DNA of 63,894 nucleotides, counting the filler. It is 9 parts of 9 records of this genome, joined end to end, with 100 filler letters (N's around TTAATTAATTAA, not from the genome) between each part and the next. Parts side by side here need not be neighbours in the genome. Positions count along the whole stretch, not along the records: positions 14,378 to 30,089 come from SRR20825010_1803; positions 30,190 to 33,643 come from SRR20825010_1807; positions 33,744 to 39,899 come from SRR20825010_1811; positions 40,000 to 44,046 come from SRR20825010_1812; 5 more parts are not named here. The stretch is one strand, 5' to 3'. The translations under genes and the position numbers were made by a program. The notes beneath the pieces were generated by a model, which was given only the letters and a program-made list of their open reading frames with translations, was not told where the DNA came from and did not search any database. Numbering within the stretch: the first letter of the stretch is position 1; the number at the start of each line of letters is the position of its first letter. Shown one piece after another: positions 29,826-40,452 of the stretch.

Positions 29826-29972
29826 CCCCAGCCCCGCTTAGTTCATTGGTGTCTTGCACTGGAAGGGTTTAGACTGTTTATTCATTTGTAAGATATTATT
29901 TTTTACCCTGCCTTTGTGGCATAGAGGGTACCGGGCGATGAGCCCGAACCAGCGGGTCGGATGGAGGACGTA

Positions 29973-30089
29973 GTGACGACAGAAACGTCGGTCGAAAAAA
30001 CAGTACTCATCGTTGAGGATAACGAGCTCAACATGAAGCTGTTCCACGATCTGCTGGAGGCGCACGGATACAATATTCTCGGTACGCGC
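29973..30089 (+). CDS. divK: Single-domain response regulator DivK, N-terminal fragment
   Basis: Not in the ORF track. GTG start after [31 protein letters not shown]; located near dinB. Confidence 0.88.
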
Positions 30090-30189
30090 NNNNNNNNNNN
30101 NNNNNNNNNNNNNNNNNNNNNNNNNNNNNNNNNTTAATTAATTAANNNNNNNNNNNNNNNNNNNNNNNNNNNNNNNNNNNNNNNNNNNN
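30090..30189. other. Artificial contig spacer
   Basis: N44-TTAATTAATTAA-N44. Confidence 0.99.
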
Positions 30190-30843
30190 TTCGCCCCAGG
30201 CGACCTCGCGCAGCATCTGCATCAGCGCCGACTGCACCATCGGACCGCGCCAGATCACGGCCGTGCCCTCATCGACGAGAAAGCCGATCGACATGACTTT
30301 CAGGCCGAATTTTTCCATCGGCATGATGGTCCGGCCCGGCCCCTGCATCGGCCGGCCGGAAAGTCCGAACAGCCTCGGTATCGACGGCCCGTAGATATCG
30401 GCGTCCAGCAGGCCGACCTTCAGCCCCTCCGCGGCAAGGCCGAGCGCCAGATTGACCGAGGTGGTGGATTTGCCCACGCCGCCCTTGCCCGAAGCGACCG
30501 CGATGATCGAACCGATTCCGGGAATATCCGGCTTCACGGCCTGCCCGGGTTTGCCGGATGGCGGAGCCGATGGGCCGGGTTTGGGCGCGCTGGCCGGCTT
30601 GTCGGCGGTCAGCGTCACGAATGCCTGCCGGGCGCCGGGAATGGCTTCGGCCGCTTTCGCCGCGGCCAGCCGCACCGGTTCGAAGGCATCGGCGTCGCCG
30701 CCGGGAACGGTCAGCGAGAAATAGACCTTTCCATCGGTGACGAAGATGTCGGAGACAAGTCCGCTGAACGCAAGCGGTTTGCCATCGGGAAGGTTGACGG
30801 CTTCAAGGCTTCTGAGAACCTGCTGGCTGGTGATTTCGGTCAT
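30190..30843 (-). CDS. mrp: Mrp/ApbC Fe-S cluster carrier ATPase, N-terminal fragment
   Basis: [25 protein letters not shown] and WRGPMV motifs. Confidence 0.95.
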
Positions 30844-31066
30844 GAAACTGTTTCCCGGTTTGTACGGCAGCGCTGGTCCTGCTCTAGATAGTGGGAAATA
30901 CCGCAGTCGCCAATGGTAAAGCCGGAATCGGTTGGACACCGGCGCGCCATGACAGCAAGCGGGCGTCAAGGGCGATGTGGATACCGCTTCGGCTTCGACG
31001 CCTCGCGCCGGCCGGTCAAGGAAAGCCGGAAGTTACGTGAGAGAACAGTGCGGGGGAGGGGGCAAG

Positions 31067-31184
31067 CAAAACAATAGAAACGCCGGCGCTTTTGAAGGAA
31101 CCCTGAGGTTCGTGGCGCCGGCGTTTCTATTGTCTTTAGTCCGCGCTCTTGGGCGCGTATTTGTTTTCATCCCCTCTGGAACTG
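31067..31184 (-). ncRNA. Candidate intergenic small RNA (~120 nt)
   Basis: Sigma70-like promoter TTGCAA-N17-CATCTT (31218-31190), a small CGCGC-type hairpin, then a perfect 19-bp stem (31071-31089/31115-31133) ending in U residues; no credible ORF. Confidence 0.55.
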
Positions 31185-31282
31185 TCGAGAAGATGGACTA
31201 TTCGGTTTGCCTTTGCAAGCTGCTTTTTTTCGGCCGGAACAATGATTTAGACTCAAAATAGCGCGAATAAGCCTGTCATGGG

Positions 31283-31302
31283 TTTTGTTGCGGTGCACAA
31301 AT
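31283..31302. promoter_or_regulatory. PhaR/AniA-like TGC-N3-GCA site
   Basis: TTTTGTTGCGGTGCACAAAT about 65 nt upstream of the candidate sRNA -35 box. Confidence 0.4.
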
Positions 31303-31535
31303 TATTGACTCCGCTTATTTTTTAAGCCTCGACCCCGGTCGTGAGGGTTCGCATCGCAGCCTGAAAAAACTTCGCGACAATTCCCGGGAGAGGCTCAACT
31401 TGCCAGCATCTCGCCACACTGAGAGCTTGATTTATTGTCAGGCGTTGTCTTTCCTCTGGCAAGGGCGGGAATTTTCATGATACGCGCGGCGATCCGCTGC
31501 GGTAAAACAAGAAATGAGGGGCATCGGGAGAGACA

Positions 31536-32420
31536 ATGATCACAGAGACCGTATTTGAGGGCAGGATCCTGGTGACGGAGCGGATGTCGCTTGGCGAAGG
31601 GCCGGGCTACGACCGGGGGACGGACATGATCTGGTGGTTTGATATCAACGCCAGCAAGCTGCATCTGCTGAACGCCTCCACCCGCGACCGCCGTATCATT
31701 TCGCTTCCGGAAATGGCCAGCGCACTGGCCGTCGTGGACGAACACCGCCAGGTGATCTCCACCGAGACCGGGCTGTATTTCCGCGACACCTCCACCGGCG
31801 CGCTCTCGCTGCATGTGGCGATCGAGGCCGACAACGCGGTCACCCGCTCCAACGATGCCCGGGTTCATGCCTCCGGCGCGTTCTGGGTTTCGACCATGGG
31901 CAAGAACGCCGAAAAGAAGGCCGGCGCGATCTACCATGTGCTGGAAGGCGTGGTGACGCCGCTGTTCAAGAAGATCACCATCCCGAATGCGATCTGCTTT
32001 TCCCCGGACGGGGCGACCGGCTATTATGTCGATACCGACGTCAACCAGTTGATGGCGGTTCCGCTTGCGCCGGAGACCGGTCTGCCGACAGGTCCGGCGC
32101 GCGTGTTCATCGACACCGCGCATCTGCCGGGCGGCATGGATGGAGCCGTCTGCGATGGCGACGGCAATATCTGGAACGCGCGCTACGGTGCCGGCGTGCT
32201 CGATCAGTTCGATCCCGGGGGCAAGCTCAAGGCGCGCTATCAGTTGCCCGCGCGGCAACCGACCTGCCCGGCCTTTATCGGCCGTGACGGCGGCTGGATG
32301 ATGGTGACCAGCGCCGCGCAGGATACCCGCGCCAAGGAGGAGCCCAATGCCGGCAATACCTTCGCGCTGGTGACCGGTGCCAAGCCGCGCTTCGATCCGG
32401 CCTATCGCGCCGGTCGCTGA
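31536..32420 (+). CDS. SMP-30/gluconolactonase/LRE family protein
   Basis: LGEGP, RSNDARV, IPNAICFSPDG, DGAVCDGDGNIW and PTCPAF motifs. Confidence 0.92.
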   Translation: MITETVFEGRILVTERMSLGEGPGYDRGTDMIWWFDINASKLHLLNASTRDRRIISLPEMASALAVVDEHRQVISTETGLYFRDTSTGALSLHVAIEADNAVTRSNDARVHASGAFWVSTMGKNAEKKAGAIYHVLEGVVTPLFKKITIPNAICFSPDGATGYYVDTDVNQLMAVPLAPETGLPTGPARVFIDTAHLPGGMDGAVCDGDGNIWNARYGAGVLDQFDPGGKLKARYQLPARQPTCPAFIGRDGGWMMVTSAAQDTRAKEEPNAGNTFALVTGAKPRFDPAYRAGR

Positions 32421-32471
32421 AACACGCCAAATCTCCGTGGTGCGAGGGGACGAATCTGTTATGACTGCGCC

Positions 32472-33643
32472 ATGAGCATCAGACAGCTTTCCGAAACCGT
32501 CATCAACCAGATTGCCGCCGGCGAGGTCATCGAGCGGCCGGCGAGTGCCGCCAAGGAACTGGTCGAGAACGCGCTCGATGCCGGCGCCACCCGGATCGAG
32601 ATCGCGACGGCCGGCGGCGGCAAGGCGCTGCTTCGGGTCACCGACAACGGTTCGGGCATGAGCCGCGACGATCTGGCGCTCGCGGTCAGGCGGCACTGCA
32701 CTTCGAAGATCACCGCGGACCTCACGGACATTCGCACGCTCGGCTTTCGCGGCGAGGCGCTGCCCTCGATCGGCTCGGTCGCCAGGCTTTCGATCGCAAG
32801 CCGCACGCGCGAGGCGGGCGAGGGCTATCGCATCGCGCTTGAAGGCGGACGCTCCGGCGAGCCGGAACCGGCCCCGGTCAATGCCGGCACGATCGTCGAA
32901 GTGCGCGACCTGTTCTTCGCGACGCCGGCGCGGCTGAAATTCCTGAAAAGCGAGCGCGCCGAGACGGGTGCGATCACCGAGGTGGTCAAGCGCATGGCGC
33001 TGGCCTTTCCGGCGACGCGTTTCGTGCTGTCGGGATCCGACCGGACCACGCTCGAACTGCCGGCGACCGGCGATGACCGGCTGGCGCGCATCGCCCAGGT
33101 ACTCGGCCGCGATTTCAAGGCCAATGCAATAGAGATAGACGCGCTGCGCGAGGATGTCGTCCTTTCCGGCTTTGCCGGGGTGCCGACCTTCAATCGCGGC
33201 AATTCCGGCCATCTCTACGCCTTCGTCAACGGCCGGCCGGTGCAGGACCGGCTGCTTCTCGGCGCGATCCGCGCGGCCTATGCCGAGACGGTGCCGAAGG
33301 GGCGGTATCCGGTCGCCGTGCTGTGGTTCTCGCTCGATCCGGCGCTGGTCGATGTCAATGTCCATCCGGCCAAGGCCGATGTCCGGTTTCGCGATCCGGC
33401 GCTGGTTCGCGGGCTGATCGTCGGCGCGATCCGCGAGGCGCTGACGCGGGCGGGCGACCGGTCGTCCTCGACCGGCGCGGATGCGATGCTGAAGGCGTTC
33501 AGGCCCGGGGTTTCGCCGGATCCGGGCGGTGCATCGCGGGTCTTCCGGGGCGATTATCAACGGGCGGCCAATGCCGACTGGTCGCCACAGAATTCGCCAT
33601 ACCGGCCGGACGGCTTTCGCGAACAGGCCGCGCAGAGCTTCGG
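32472..33643 (+). CDS. mutL: DNA mismatch repair protein MutL, N-terminal fragment
   Basis: [36 protein letters not shown] and DVNVHPAK motifs. Confidence 0.97.
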
Positions 33644-33743
33644 NNNNNNNNNNNNNNNNNNNNNNNNNNNNNNNNNNNNNNNNNNNNTTAATTAATTAAN
33701 NNNNNNNNNNNNNNNNNNNNNNNNNNNNNNNNNNNNNNNNNNN
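33644..33743. other. Artificial contig spacer
   Basis: N44-TTAATTAATTAA-N44. Confidence 0.99.
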
Positions 33744-34424
33744 GATGTAGCGAAACTGGTTGAAGGCGCTCGCGCGATCGATCCGTGCGGCCTCGTAGAG
33801 CTCTTCGGGAATGGAGTGAAGCCCTGCCAGAAAGAAGATGTAGGCCACGGGGAATTCGTTCCACACCTGCGCCAGGATCAAAGCGGGAAGGGCCGTGTCC
33901 CGGTCTATGAGCCAATCTGTCCGGTCGAGAAAAGGCAAAGGATCCAGAAGGCGATTGATAACCCCGAAATTGCCCTCATACATCACCCCCCAGACCAGGG
34001 CAGTGACCACGGCCGGGACCGTCCATGGAATGAGGAAGGCAAGACGCGCCAGTGCGCGAAAGTGTACGATGCGACGTGTGAGAAGCGCTGCCGAAAGGGC
34101 AAGCACAATCGATCCAGCTACGGTGCCCGCCATGTAAAGCGCCGAGCGCCAGACCGCATGCCACACCTGCGCGTCGAAAATGAGCTTCTCGTAATTGTGC
34201 AAACCAAAAGTGCCCGCCGCTGCAGGCCTGCGGAAGTTGATCGTGTCGAAGCTGAGTATGAGTGCCTTCAGCATCGGCAGGCCGATCACAAATCCCAGGA
34301 CCAGCAGGGCGGGCAGCAGCATGATCAGAAGGAAACCTCCTCCTTCCGTCAGGAAAGTGGTGACCCGGCTGCCATTTACGGCCCGTTGTCGACCCTCTCT
34401 CTTGTTGTTGTTCGAAATCTGCAT
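33744..34424 (-). CDS. Carbohydrate (CUT1) ABC permease, 3'-truncated
   Basis: TM segments and EAA loop IPEELYEAARIDRAS. Confidence 0.9.
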
Positions 34425-34442
34425 ACCCGCGACCCACCACGC

Positions 34443-35705
34443 CTATTTGGCGCAGCAGTCTTCCAGTTTGGCCTGCGCTTCTGCGAGGCTCTCTTCGGCG
34501 GGCTTGCCGTCACGCAGGGTCAGCAACACGGCGTCGACAACAATCGGCCATATCTCGTTGAACTGGTCTGCGTGGCCGGGAATCGCCACCGGATGCGCGT
34601 TTCCGCTGCTCGCGATCCAGGGTTCCAGATAGGGGCGAGCCTCTCTCTGAGCGTCCGTCAGCGCATTCACTCCATAGGGGATATAAGGGCTGTGATCGGA
34701 GAATGCGGACTGCATCTCGGCGCTGGCCGCGGTTTCGATGAAGGCTTTGGCAGCATCCGGGTTTGATGTTGCTGCATTGATCGCCAGCGCCATGTTGACG
34801 CCACCAGTGCCGGGCCCGTCCCACGGGTGAAGCGCTGATTTGTAGCAGTCGAAATTGTCGGGGTTGTTCTTCTCGATGAAGGGAAACTGCCATTGCCCGT
34901 CGATGGTCATGGCGGTTCCGCCGGTGGCAAAGAGCGAGCGCTGGTCTGTTTCACTCATTCCCCTGGGAACGACACCTGCGTCGTAGAGCGCCTTCATCTG
35001 TTTCAGACCGGCGATCACAGGCTCGGAATCCAGAGTGAAGTTGCCGTTCTCGTCAGCAAAGGAGCCACCATTTGCGATGCTCCACATGAGAAGCATCTCA
35101 TAAGTGGGGTCTTCATTGGCGTTGACCATATTCGCGCCATAGCGGGTCACGCGCCCCGAATCGTCCTTGACAGTCAGCCTGGTGGCATAATCCAGAAACT
35201 CCTGCGGGGTTTGCGGTGGACGCTCGAAACCGGCTTCTTCCAGATAGCAGGCATTGTAGATGAGCTCGAGCGTGCGGCCCGTGATAGGCAAAGCGTAGAT
35301 TTCGCCATCTGCCGTCAAGGCATCGAAACCGCCTTTGACGATCTGCTCCTTTACCCCCGAACTCTCGAGAAATTCCGTCAATGGCATGAGTTGGCCGGCG
35401 GCCAGAAGCTCGCCGATGTTGTTTGGATTGACGGTTAGAATATCGGCGCCGGTGCCGCTGGCGGCCTGAATAAGCAATTGTTCGTAATATTCGCTTGCCG
35501 GCGTGTTGCGGGGCACCACCTTGTTGCCGGTCTTCTCTTCATAGGTCGAAACGAGAAGCTGCCACCAGTCACCCATTCCGGGCGCTTCGTAATCGACCAC
35601 AAGAAAACTGATTTCGTCTTCCGCAGCGGCAACCGTCGAACCGCCAGCAAAGACTGCGGCGGCCAGAGCGGTGGCATAAAGCAAGTTGTGTGTTCTACCG
35701 GGCAT
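34443..35705 (-). CDS. CUT1-type ABC substrate-binding protein
   Basis: Signal peptide, DGEIYALP, LIYN and FATGGTAMTIDG motifs. Confidence 0.88.
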   Translation of the reverse strand: MPGRTHNLLYATALAAAVFAGGSTVAAAEDEISFLVVDYEAPGMGDWWQLLVSTYEEKTGNKVVPRNTPASEYYEQLLIQAASGTGADILTVNPNNIGELLAAGQLMPLTEFLESSGVKEQIVKGGFDALTADGEIYALPITGRTLELIYNACYLEEAGFERPPQTPQEFLDYATRLTVKDDSGRVTRYGANMVNANEDPTYEMLLMWSIANGGSFADENGNFTLDSEPVIAGLKQMKALYDAGVVPRGMSETDQRSLFATGGTAMTIDGQWQFPFIEKNNPDNFDCYKSALHPWDGPGTGGVNMALAINAATSNPDAAKAFIETAASAEMQSAFSDHSPYIPYGVNALTDAQREARPYLEPWIASSGNAHPVAIPGHADQFNEIWPIVVDAVLLTLRDGKPAEESLAEAQAKLEDCCAK

Positions 35706-35873
35706 TGTTGGTTCTCCTCTGGTTCTCGCCCGGCTGATAATCCGCTCCCGTCTTCACTGGACAGGTATCCGGAATGCCGCGCTTCCCAAAGAAAGTCTGC
35801 CCTTGAGGCTGGATGGGCTCAAATCGCTTTTTGGAATAGGGCAGTGCCTATCAGGCAAGGCCGACGGGCAACC

Positions 35874-36794
35874 TCAAGCCGCTTGGCTGCAGCCCGCATC
35901 GCCTGCCACGCATTCCAGAACCCAGTTTCGCAGAGCAAGGATGTTTCGGTCGCTCTCCGAGCGTGCGGGCATGACAAAATGATAAGCTTTCCGGTTACGG
36001 AGCGGTATGTCGAGCACCACCTCCAGTTCACCCAATTCCAGCTCTCGCTCGATCATGAAGCGAGGGATGATCGCGGCGCCCTGACCATGCACTGCGGCCA
36101 TGATCAGGAGCGGGAACTGATCGAATTGCGGCCCCCGCGGCAGTCCTGGCCGTGGAAACCCGGCCAGTTCAAACCATTCCACCCAAAGGTCCGGCTGATC
36201 CGTGAGGTGAAGCAGCGTGCATTCCTGGAGCACACTGGGCGAATTGGGTCGCCGGTTGCGCATGAAGTGCGGACTTGCCACCGGCAGCAGTTCTTCCTCG
36301 AAAAGGGGCGTGCATGCGACACCGCCCCATTGCGGCATGCCTTGCACGATAGCGCAATCGACGGCTTCGTCATCGGCCTCCAGAAGCGGCCTTGACGTGA
36401 GAAGATTGATGTTGAGGCCGGGATGGCGGTTCTGGAATATGCCAAGACGCGAGACCAGCCAGCACGCAGCAAGACCGACCGGTGCCGCGACGGTGATGAC
36501 GGCCTTGCCATCTGCACCCTGCATCAGCGCACGGGTCGAACTTTCCAGTTGCCCCAGAAGGGTGCGCACCTGCGGAAGATAGCGCCGCCCCATCTCCGTC
36601 AGGTGGACCTGATGATTGTTGCGGGCGAGAAGTGCCACACCAAGCATTTGTTCCAGCTGGCGCACTCGTTTGGAAACGGCGCCTTGCGAAAGCGAGAGAT
36701 CCTTGGCGGCCTGCGAAAAGCTCAGATGTCTTGCCGTCGCCTCGAAGGCGATCAGGCCAGAAACGGAAGGGATCAAACGTCGCGGCAGTTCCAT
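35874..36794 (-). CDS. LysR regulator, GcvA-like
   Basis: AFEATARHLSFSQAAKDLSLSQGAVSKRVRQLE HTH. Confidence 0.92.
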   Translation of the reverse strand: MELPRRLIPSVSGLIAFEATARHLSFSQAAKDLSLSQGAVSKRVRQLEQMLGVALLARNNHQVHLTEMGRRYLPQVRTLLGQLESSTRALMQGADGKAVITVAAPVGLAACWLVSRLGIFQNRHPGLNINLLTSRPLLEADDEAVDCAIVQGMPQWGGVACTPLFEEELLPVASPHFMRNRRPNSPSVLQECTLLHLTDQPDLWVEWFELAGFPRPGLPRGPQFDQFPLLIMAAVHGQGAAIIPRFMIERELELGELEVVLDIPLRNRKAYHFVMPARSESDRNILALRNWVLECVAGDAGCSQAA

Positions 36795-36866
36795 GACACT
36801 CCCCTTGTCTTCACCTCACGTTCATCGTCAAAGGGTGGCGGCGGCGCTTTCGCCGCCACCACTGGA

Positions 36867-37844
36867 TCAGCTCGAACAGCGTGTCGAGAACGGCCGGCCG
36901 TGATGCCGGTCCATCAGATATTTGGCGACGTAATAGTCGATGTGGCTGCCGCCGCCATTCTTCATCATTGTGATTTCATCGGCAAACTGGCGGCCTTTCA
37001 CCTTGCCCTGGCAAAGTTCGAAGAGGTCGCCGCGCACATCCTCCGGCGTGATGATGCCGCGCTCGTAGGGCCCCAGGAACTCGCCGGAGCGCGTTGTGGT
37101 CTGGCGGTGGTCGACGAAGATCGAGGCGCGTTTGAGGACATCGTCGTCGGCTTCGCGCATCTCCGGCGTAAAGGAGCCGACAAGATCCACATGCGCGCCG
37201 GGCTTCAGCAGCCTGCCCTTGAGATGCGGTTCGTTTGCCATGGTGGCGCTTGAGATGATGTCGGCCTCACTCACGGCCGCGTCGAGGTCGGAGGCGACTT
37301 CCGCTTCGATCCCTTCCGCGGCGAGCGTCTTTGCGAGTGCTTCGGCGTTGGCCGTGGTGCGGTTCCAAAGCGTGACACGTTTCAGATTCGGACGGGCTGT
37401 GAGATGAGCCTTGACGAGAAAGGGTGCCAGCCCGCCAGCGCCGATCATCAGGAAGTTCTCCGCATCCTCACGTGAAAGAAGCTTCGAGCCGAAGGCCGAA
37501 TCCGAAGAGGTCTTGCGGAAGATCACGGCCTCGCCGTCAATCACCGCTTCGGCAACACCCGTGTCAGCATTGATGAAGACATAGATGGAGTTGACGGTCG
37601 GCAGGTTGTGTCGTGCCTTGTTGTTCGGGAAGGAGGTGACAAGTTTTGCCAGAATGCCTTCCTGCGGCTCCCAGGCGGGCAGGATAATGAAGATGTCCGG
37701 CTGGCCATCGGGATTCGGCTCCTGATAGATCAGGCGGTCGGACTGTTTGGGCATGCCGCCCCTGTGCGCGGCTTCAAGCGCTGCGAACAGGCCTTCATAA
37801 TCTAGCAGTTCATGCACCCGCCGGGCATCGATCATTTCCATCAA
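36867..37844 (-). CDS. Ornithine cyclodeaminase/mu-crystallin family imine reductase
   Basis: KLVTSFPNN, IGAGGLA, WNRT, ADIISSAT, HVDLVGSFTPEMREADD motifs. Confidence 0.88.
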   Translation of the reverse strand: MMEMIDARRVHELLDYEGLFAALEAAHRGGMPKQSDRLIYQEPNPDGQPDIFIILPAWEPQEGILAKLVTSFPNNKARHNLPTVNSIYVFINADTGVAEAVIDGEAVIFRKTSSDSAFGSKLLSREDAENFLMIGAGGLAPFLVKAHLTARPNLKRVTLWNRTTANAEALAKTLAAEGIEAEVASDLDAAVSEADIISSATMANEPHLKGRLLKPGAHVDLVGSFTPEMREADDDVLKRASIFVDHRQTTTRSGEFLGPYERGIITPEDVRGDLFELCQGKVKGRQFADEITMMKNGGGSHIDYYVAKYLMDRHHGRPFSTRCSS

Positions 37845-37883
37845 AAAATCTCCATTTCACACTCAGTTTGTTTCTTGCGCCGG

Positions 37884-38972
37884 TCAGCCGGCGATGATTG
37901 CCAGGTTGTCGGGCCGGCAGTGCAGGGTGATTTCCGCATTCTGCCTGGCGGTTACCGGAGGCCGGGCATCGACAAGCAGCGATGCGCCATCCACGGTCTC
38001 GACATTCAGATGCACACGGTCGCCGAGATAGGTCTGGTCGGTCAGGCGAGCCGACAGCACGATGTCGTCCTTTCGACGGCTTGCGCCGATGTTGAACGCC
38101 TCCGGCCTGATCACCACGGAAACGGTTTCGCCCATTGCCGGCTTGCCCCGTGAGGTCACGCGTGCGGCAGGCACGCGCCACCGGGCATCGCCGACGGCCA
38201 GCATGAGACGATCGCCGTCAGCCGCCTCTACCTTCGCTCCGAAGATATTGGTTGCGCCAACGAAGTCGGCGATGAAGAGGGTTGCGGGGTTGGCGTAGAT
38301 GTTTTCGGGGCTGTCGAGCTGTTCGATCTTGCCCTTGTTCATCACAGCCACCAGATCCGACATGGACATGGCTTCCTGCTGGTCGTGGGTGACGAAAACA
38401 AAGGTCTTGCCCGTGCGCCGCTGGATCGCCTTCAGCTCGCGCTGCATGTCCTGCCGCAATTTCAGATCGAGCGCGCCAAGCGGCTCGTCGAGCAACAGTG
38501 CCGCCGGATCGGGCGCTAGCGCACGGGCCAACGCAACACGCTGCCTCTGACCACCCGACAGAGCATCGGGGTAGCGATTGGCGATGTCTGGCAGGCGGAT
38601 CAGTTCCAGAAGTTCGGTGCAGCGGCGGGCAATGGCGCCCTTCTCCATGCCCTGCATCTCGCAGCCGAAGCCGATGTTCTGGGCAACGGTCATGTGAGGA
38701 AAGAGCGCGTAGTCCTGAAACACCATTTTCACCGGGCGGTTGTGCGCGGCGGCGTGGGTGATGTCTTTTCCATCGACCAGAATTTCGCCGCTGTCAGGCT
38801 CGGCCAGACCGACAATGGAGCGCAGCAGCGTTGATTTTCCGCAGCCGGATGGCCCCAGCAGGGTGATGAACACGCCCCGCTCGATCTTCAGTGAAACATC
38901 GTCGATGACCCGCAGGGCGCCATAGGCCTTGCAGATGTTCTTCATCTCGATGGCGGGTACGGGATCAGTCAT
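37884..38972 (-). CDS. PotA-like ABC ATP-binding protein
   Basis: GPSGCGKS, LSGGQRQRVALARAL, LLLDEP and a TOBE tail. Confidence 0.92.
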   Translation of the reverse strand: MTDPVPAIEMKNICKAYGALRVIDDVSLKIERGVFITLLGPSGCGKSTLLRSIVGLAEPDSGEILVDGKDITHAAAHNRPVKMVFQDYALFPHMTVAQNIGFGCEMQGMEKGAIARRCTELLELIRLPDIANRYPDALSGGQRQRVALARALAPDPAALLLDEPLGALDLKLRQDMQRELKAIQRRTGKTFVFVTHDQQEAMSMSDLVAVMNKGKIEQLDSPENIYANPATLFIADFVGATNIFGAKVEAADGDRLMLAVGDARWRVPAARVTSRGKPAMGETVSVVIRPEAFNIGASRRKDDIVLSARLTDQTYLGDRVHLNVETVDGASLLVDARPPVTARQNAEITLHCRPDNLAIIAG

Positions 38973-39786
38973 TCTTGGCACCGGAAGTCAGGGAGGTTTC
39001 GCTGCGCAGGCTGCGCTTTCGGACAAAGCGTTCGGCATAGAGGCCAAAGCCAGTCGTGGCGATGAGGACGATTGTCGAGATGGCGGCAAGGCCCGGATCG
39101 AAGCCGAAGCGCAGCCGGGCGAACAGGAGAACCGGGAAGGTCTGCTCGAACCCGCCGAGGAAGAACGAGCGCACGAAGTCCTCGAACGAAAGCAGCAGGC
39201 AGAACATGAATGCGCCCAGAAGCGCCGGCGACAGATAGGGCAGCACGATGCGCACCAGAATGATGACATCATCCGCACCGAGATTGCGTGCCGCATCGGC
39301 CATGTTGCGGCCCATCGTGTTGAGACGGGTCAGGATCATGATGACGACAAAGGGAACTGAGCCGACAGCATGCCCGAAGGCAATTGCCGCAGTGCCCGTT
39401 TCGAGACCGATACGGCCGATGAAGATGCGCAGCGAGATCGCCGAGACAACCACCGGCAGGAATGCGGGCAGGAGAATGAGTGCGATCAGCAGACCGCGCG
39501 CGATGCCGGATGTGCGGGCAACGGCGAAAGCAACCGGCAGGCCGACAGCGACCGAGATGAGCGTTGAGAAGACCGCCACCCTGGCTGAAAGCCACAGCGC
39601 TTCCATCACGTCGCGGTCAAGCAGCACTTCGCTGTACCATTTCGTGGTCCAGCTATGAATCGGGAAGGCAACGAAATTGGAATCACGGAAGCCCATGGCC
39701 GCCATGACAAGAAGCGGGAGGAAGAGGTAGGCGACAAACAGCCAGAAAAGGCCAGGCAGCGCGAGATGGCGCAGTTTCATGCTCAT
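38965..39786 (-). CDS. PotC-like ABC permease
   Basis: TM pattern, DAARNLGA loop and LSFEDF. Confidence 0.9.
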   Translation of the reverse strand: MSMKLRHLALPGLFWLFVAYLFLPLLVMAAMGFRDSNFVAFPIHSWTTKWYSEVLLDRDVMEALWLSARVAVFSTLISVAVGLPVAFAVARTSGIARGLLIALILLPAFLPVVVSAISLRIFIGRIGLETGTAAIAFGHAVGSVPFVVIMILTRLNTMGRNMADAARNLGADDVIILVRIVLPYLSPALLGAFMFCLLLSFEDFVRSFFLGGFEQTFPVLLFARLRFGFDPGLAAISTIVLIATTGFGLYAERFVRKRSLRSETSLTSGAKND

Positions 39787-39899
39787 GCCCCCCCGCGGCC
39801 GCGCCGCTGAAAGATTGCCACGAACAGGCCGACATAGGCTAGCGCTGCTCCTGTCAGGATGATGCTGAAGGCGCTGCCCTGCGGCCAGGATGCACCGGC
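39783..39899 (-). CDS. PotB-like ABC permease, C-terminal fragment
   Basis: Manual translation gives SWPQGSAFSIIL...; its stop overlaps the ATG of the next permease. Confidence 0.7.
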   Translation of the reverse strand, partial: AGASWPQGSAFSIILTGAALAYVGLFVAIFQRRGRGGA

Positions 39900-39999
39900 N
39901 NNNNNNNNNNNNNNNNNNNNNNNNNNNNNNNNNNNNNNNNNNNTTAATTAATTAANNNNNNNNNNNNNNNNNNNNNNNNNNNNNNNNNNNNNNNNNNNN
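39900..39999. other. Artificial contig spacer
   Basis: N44-TTAATTAATTAA-N44. Confidence 0.99.
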
Positions 40000-40326
40000 C
40001 ATCGGCGCGTGCTGCATCATCGGGCTGGCGGGTCCCTCGGACGAGGACACTGCGCCCAGTGTCTTGGTATGGGTCATGAACAGGAAGACACCTGTCATGA
40101 TGTAGACCATGAAATCGCCCCGAAGGGCGGCGCTGCGCATCCCGAGAATCTGGAACATGAAGTAGAACGCCAAGACGAAGATGATCGTCTGCAACATGTT
40201 CATAAAGATCGCCATGAAGGCGTTTCCATGCGTCTTGCGCACCGAACGGACCGAATTGTGATAAATCAGTTCGAGGATATAGACGAAGGATTCCAGCCGG
40301 GACCGGGGACGAGTAACCTGAAACAT
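40000..40326 (-). CDS. KpsM-like polysaccharide export ABC permease, N-terminal fragment
   Basis: MFQVTRPRS...ELIYHNSVRSVRKTHGNA followed by TM segments; cysQ/galU context. Confidence 0.65.
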
Positions 40327-40452
40327 GCTGCCTGCTCCGAATGCGTGCCCGCGACAGGCCGCACACTTGCCGTTCTTGTTGACCCGCACCATAAGGCGCG
40401 CGAGCTTTCAAATCAATAAATCCGCGCAGGCCGCGCGTCTTGGAGCCATGAA

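Noticed and set aside
29860..29915. CtrA site upstream of divK
   Set aside because: Expected biologically, but no convincing TTAA-N7-TTAA match can be read.
31395..33560. 721-aa minus-strand ORF
   Set aside because: Antisense shadow across the lactonase and mutL; Arg-rich with no recognisable domain.
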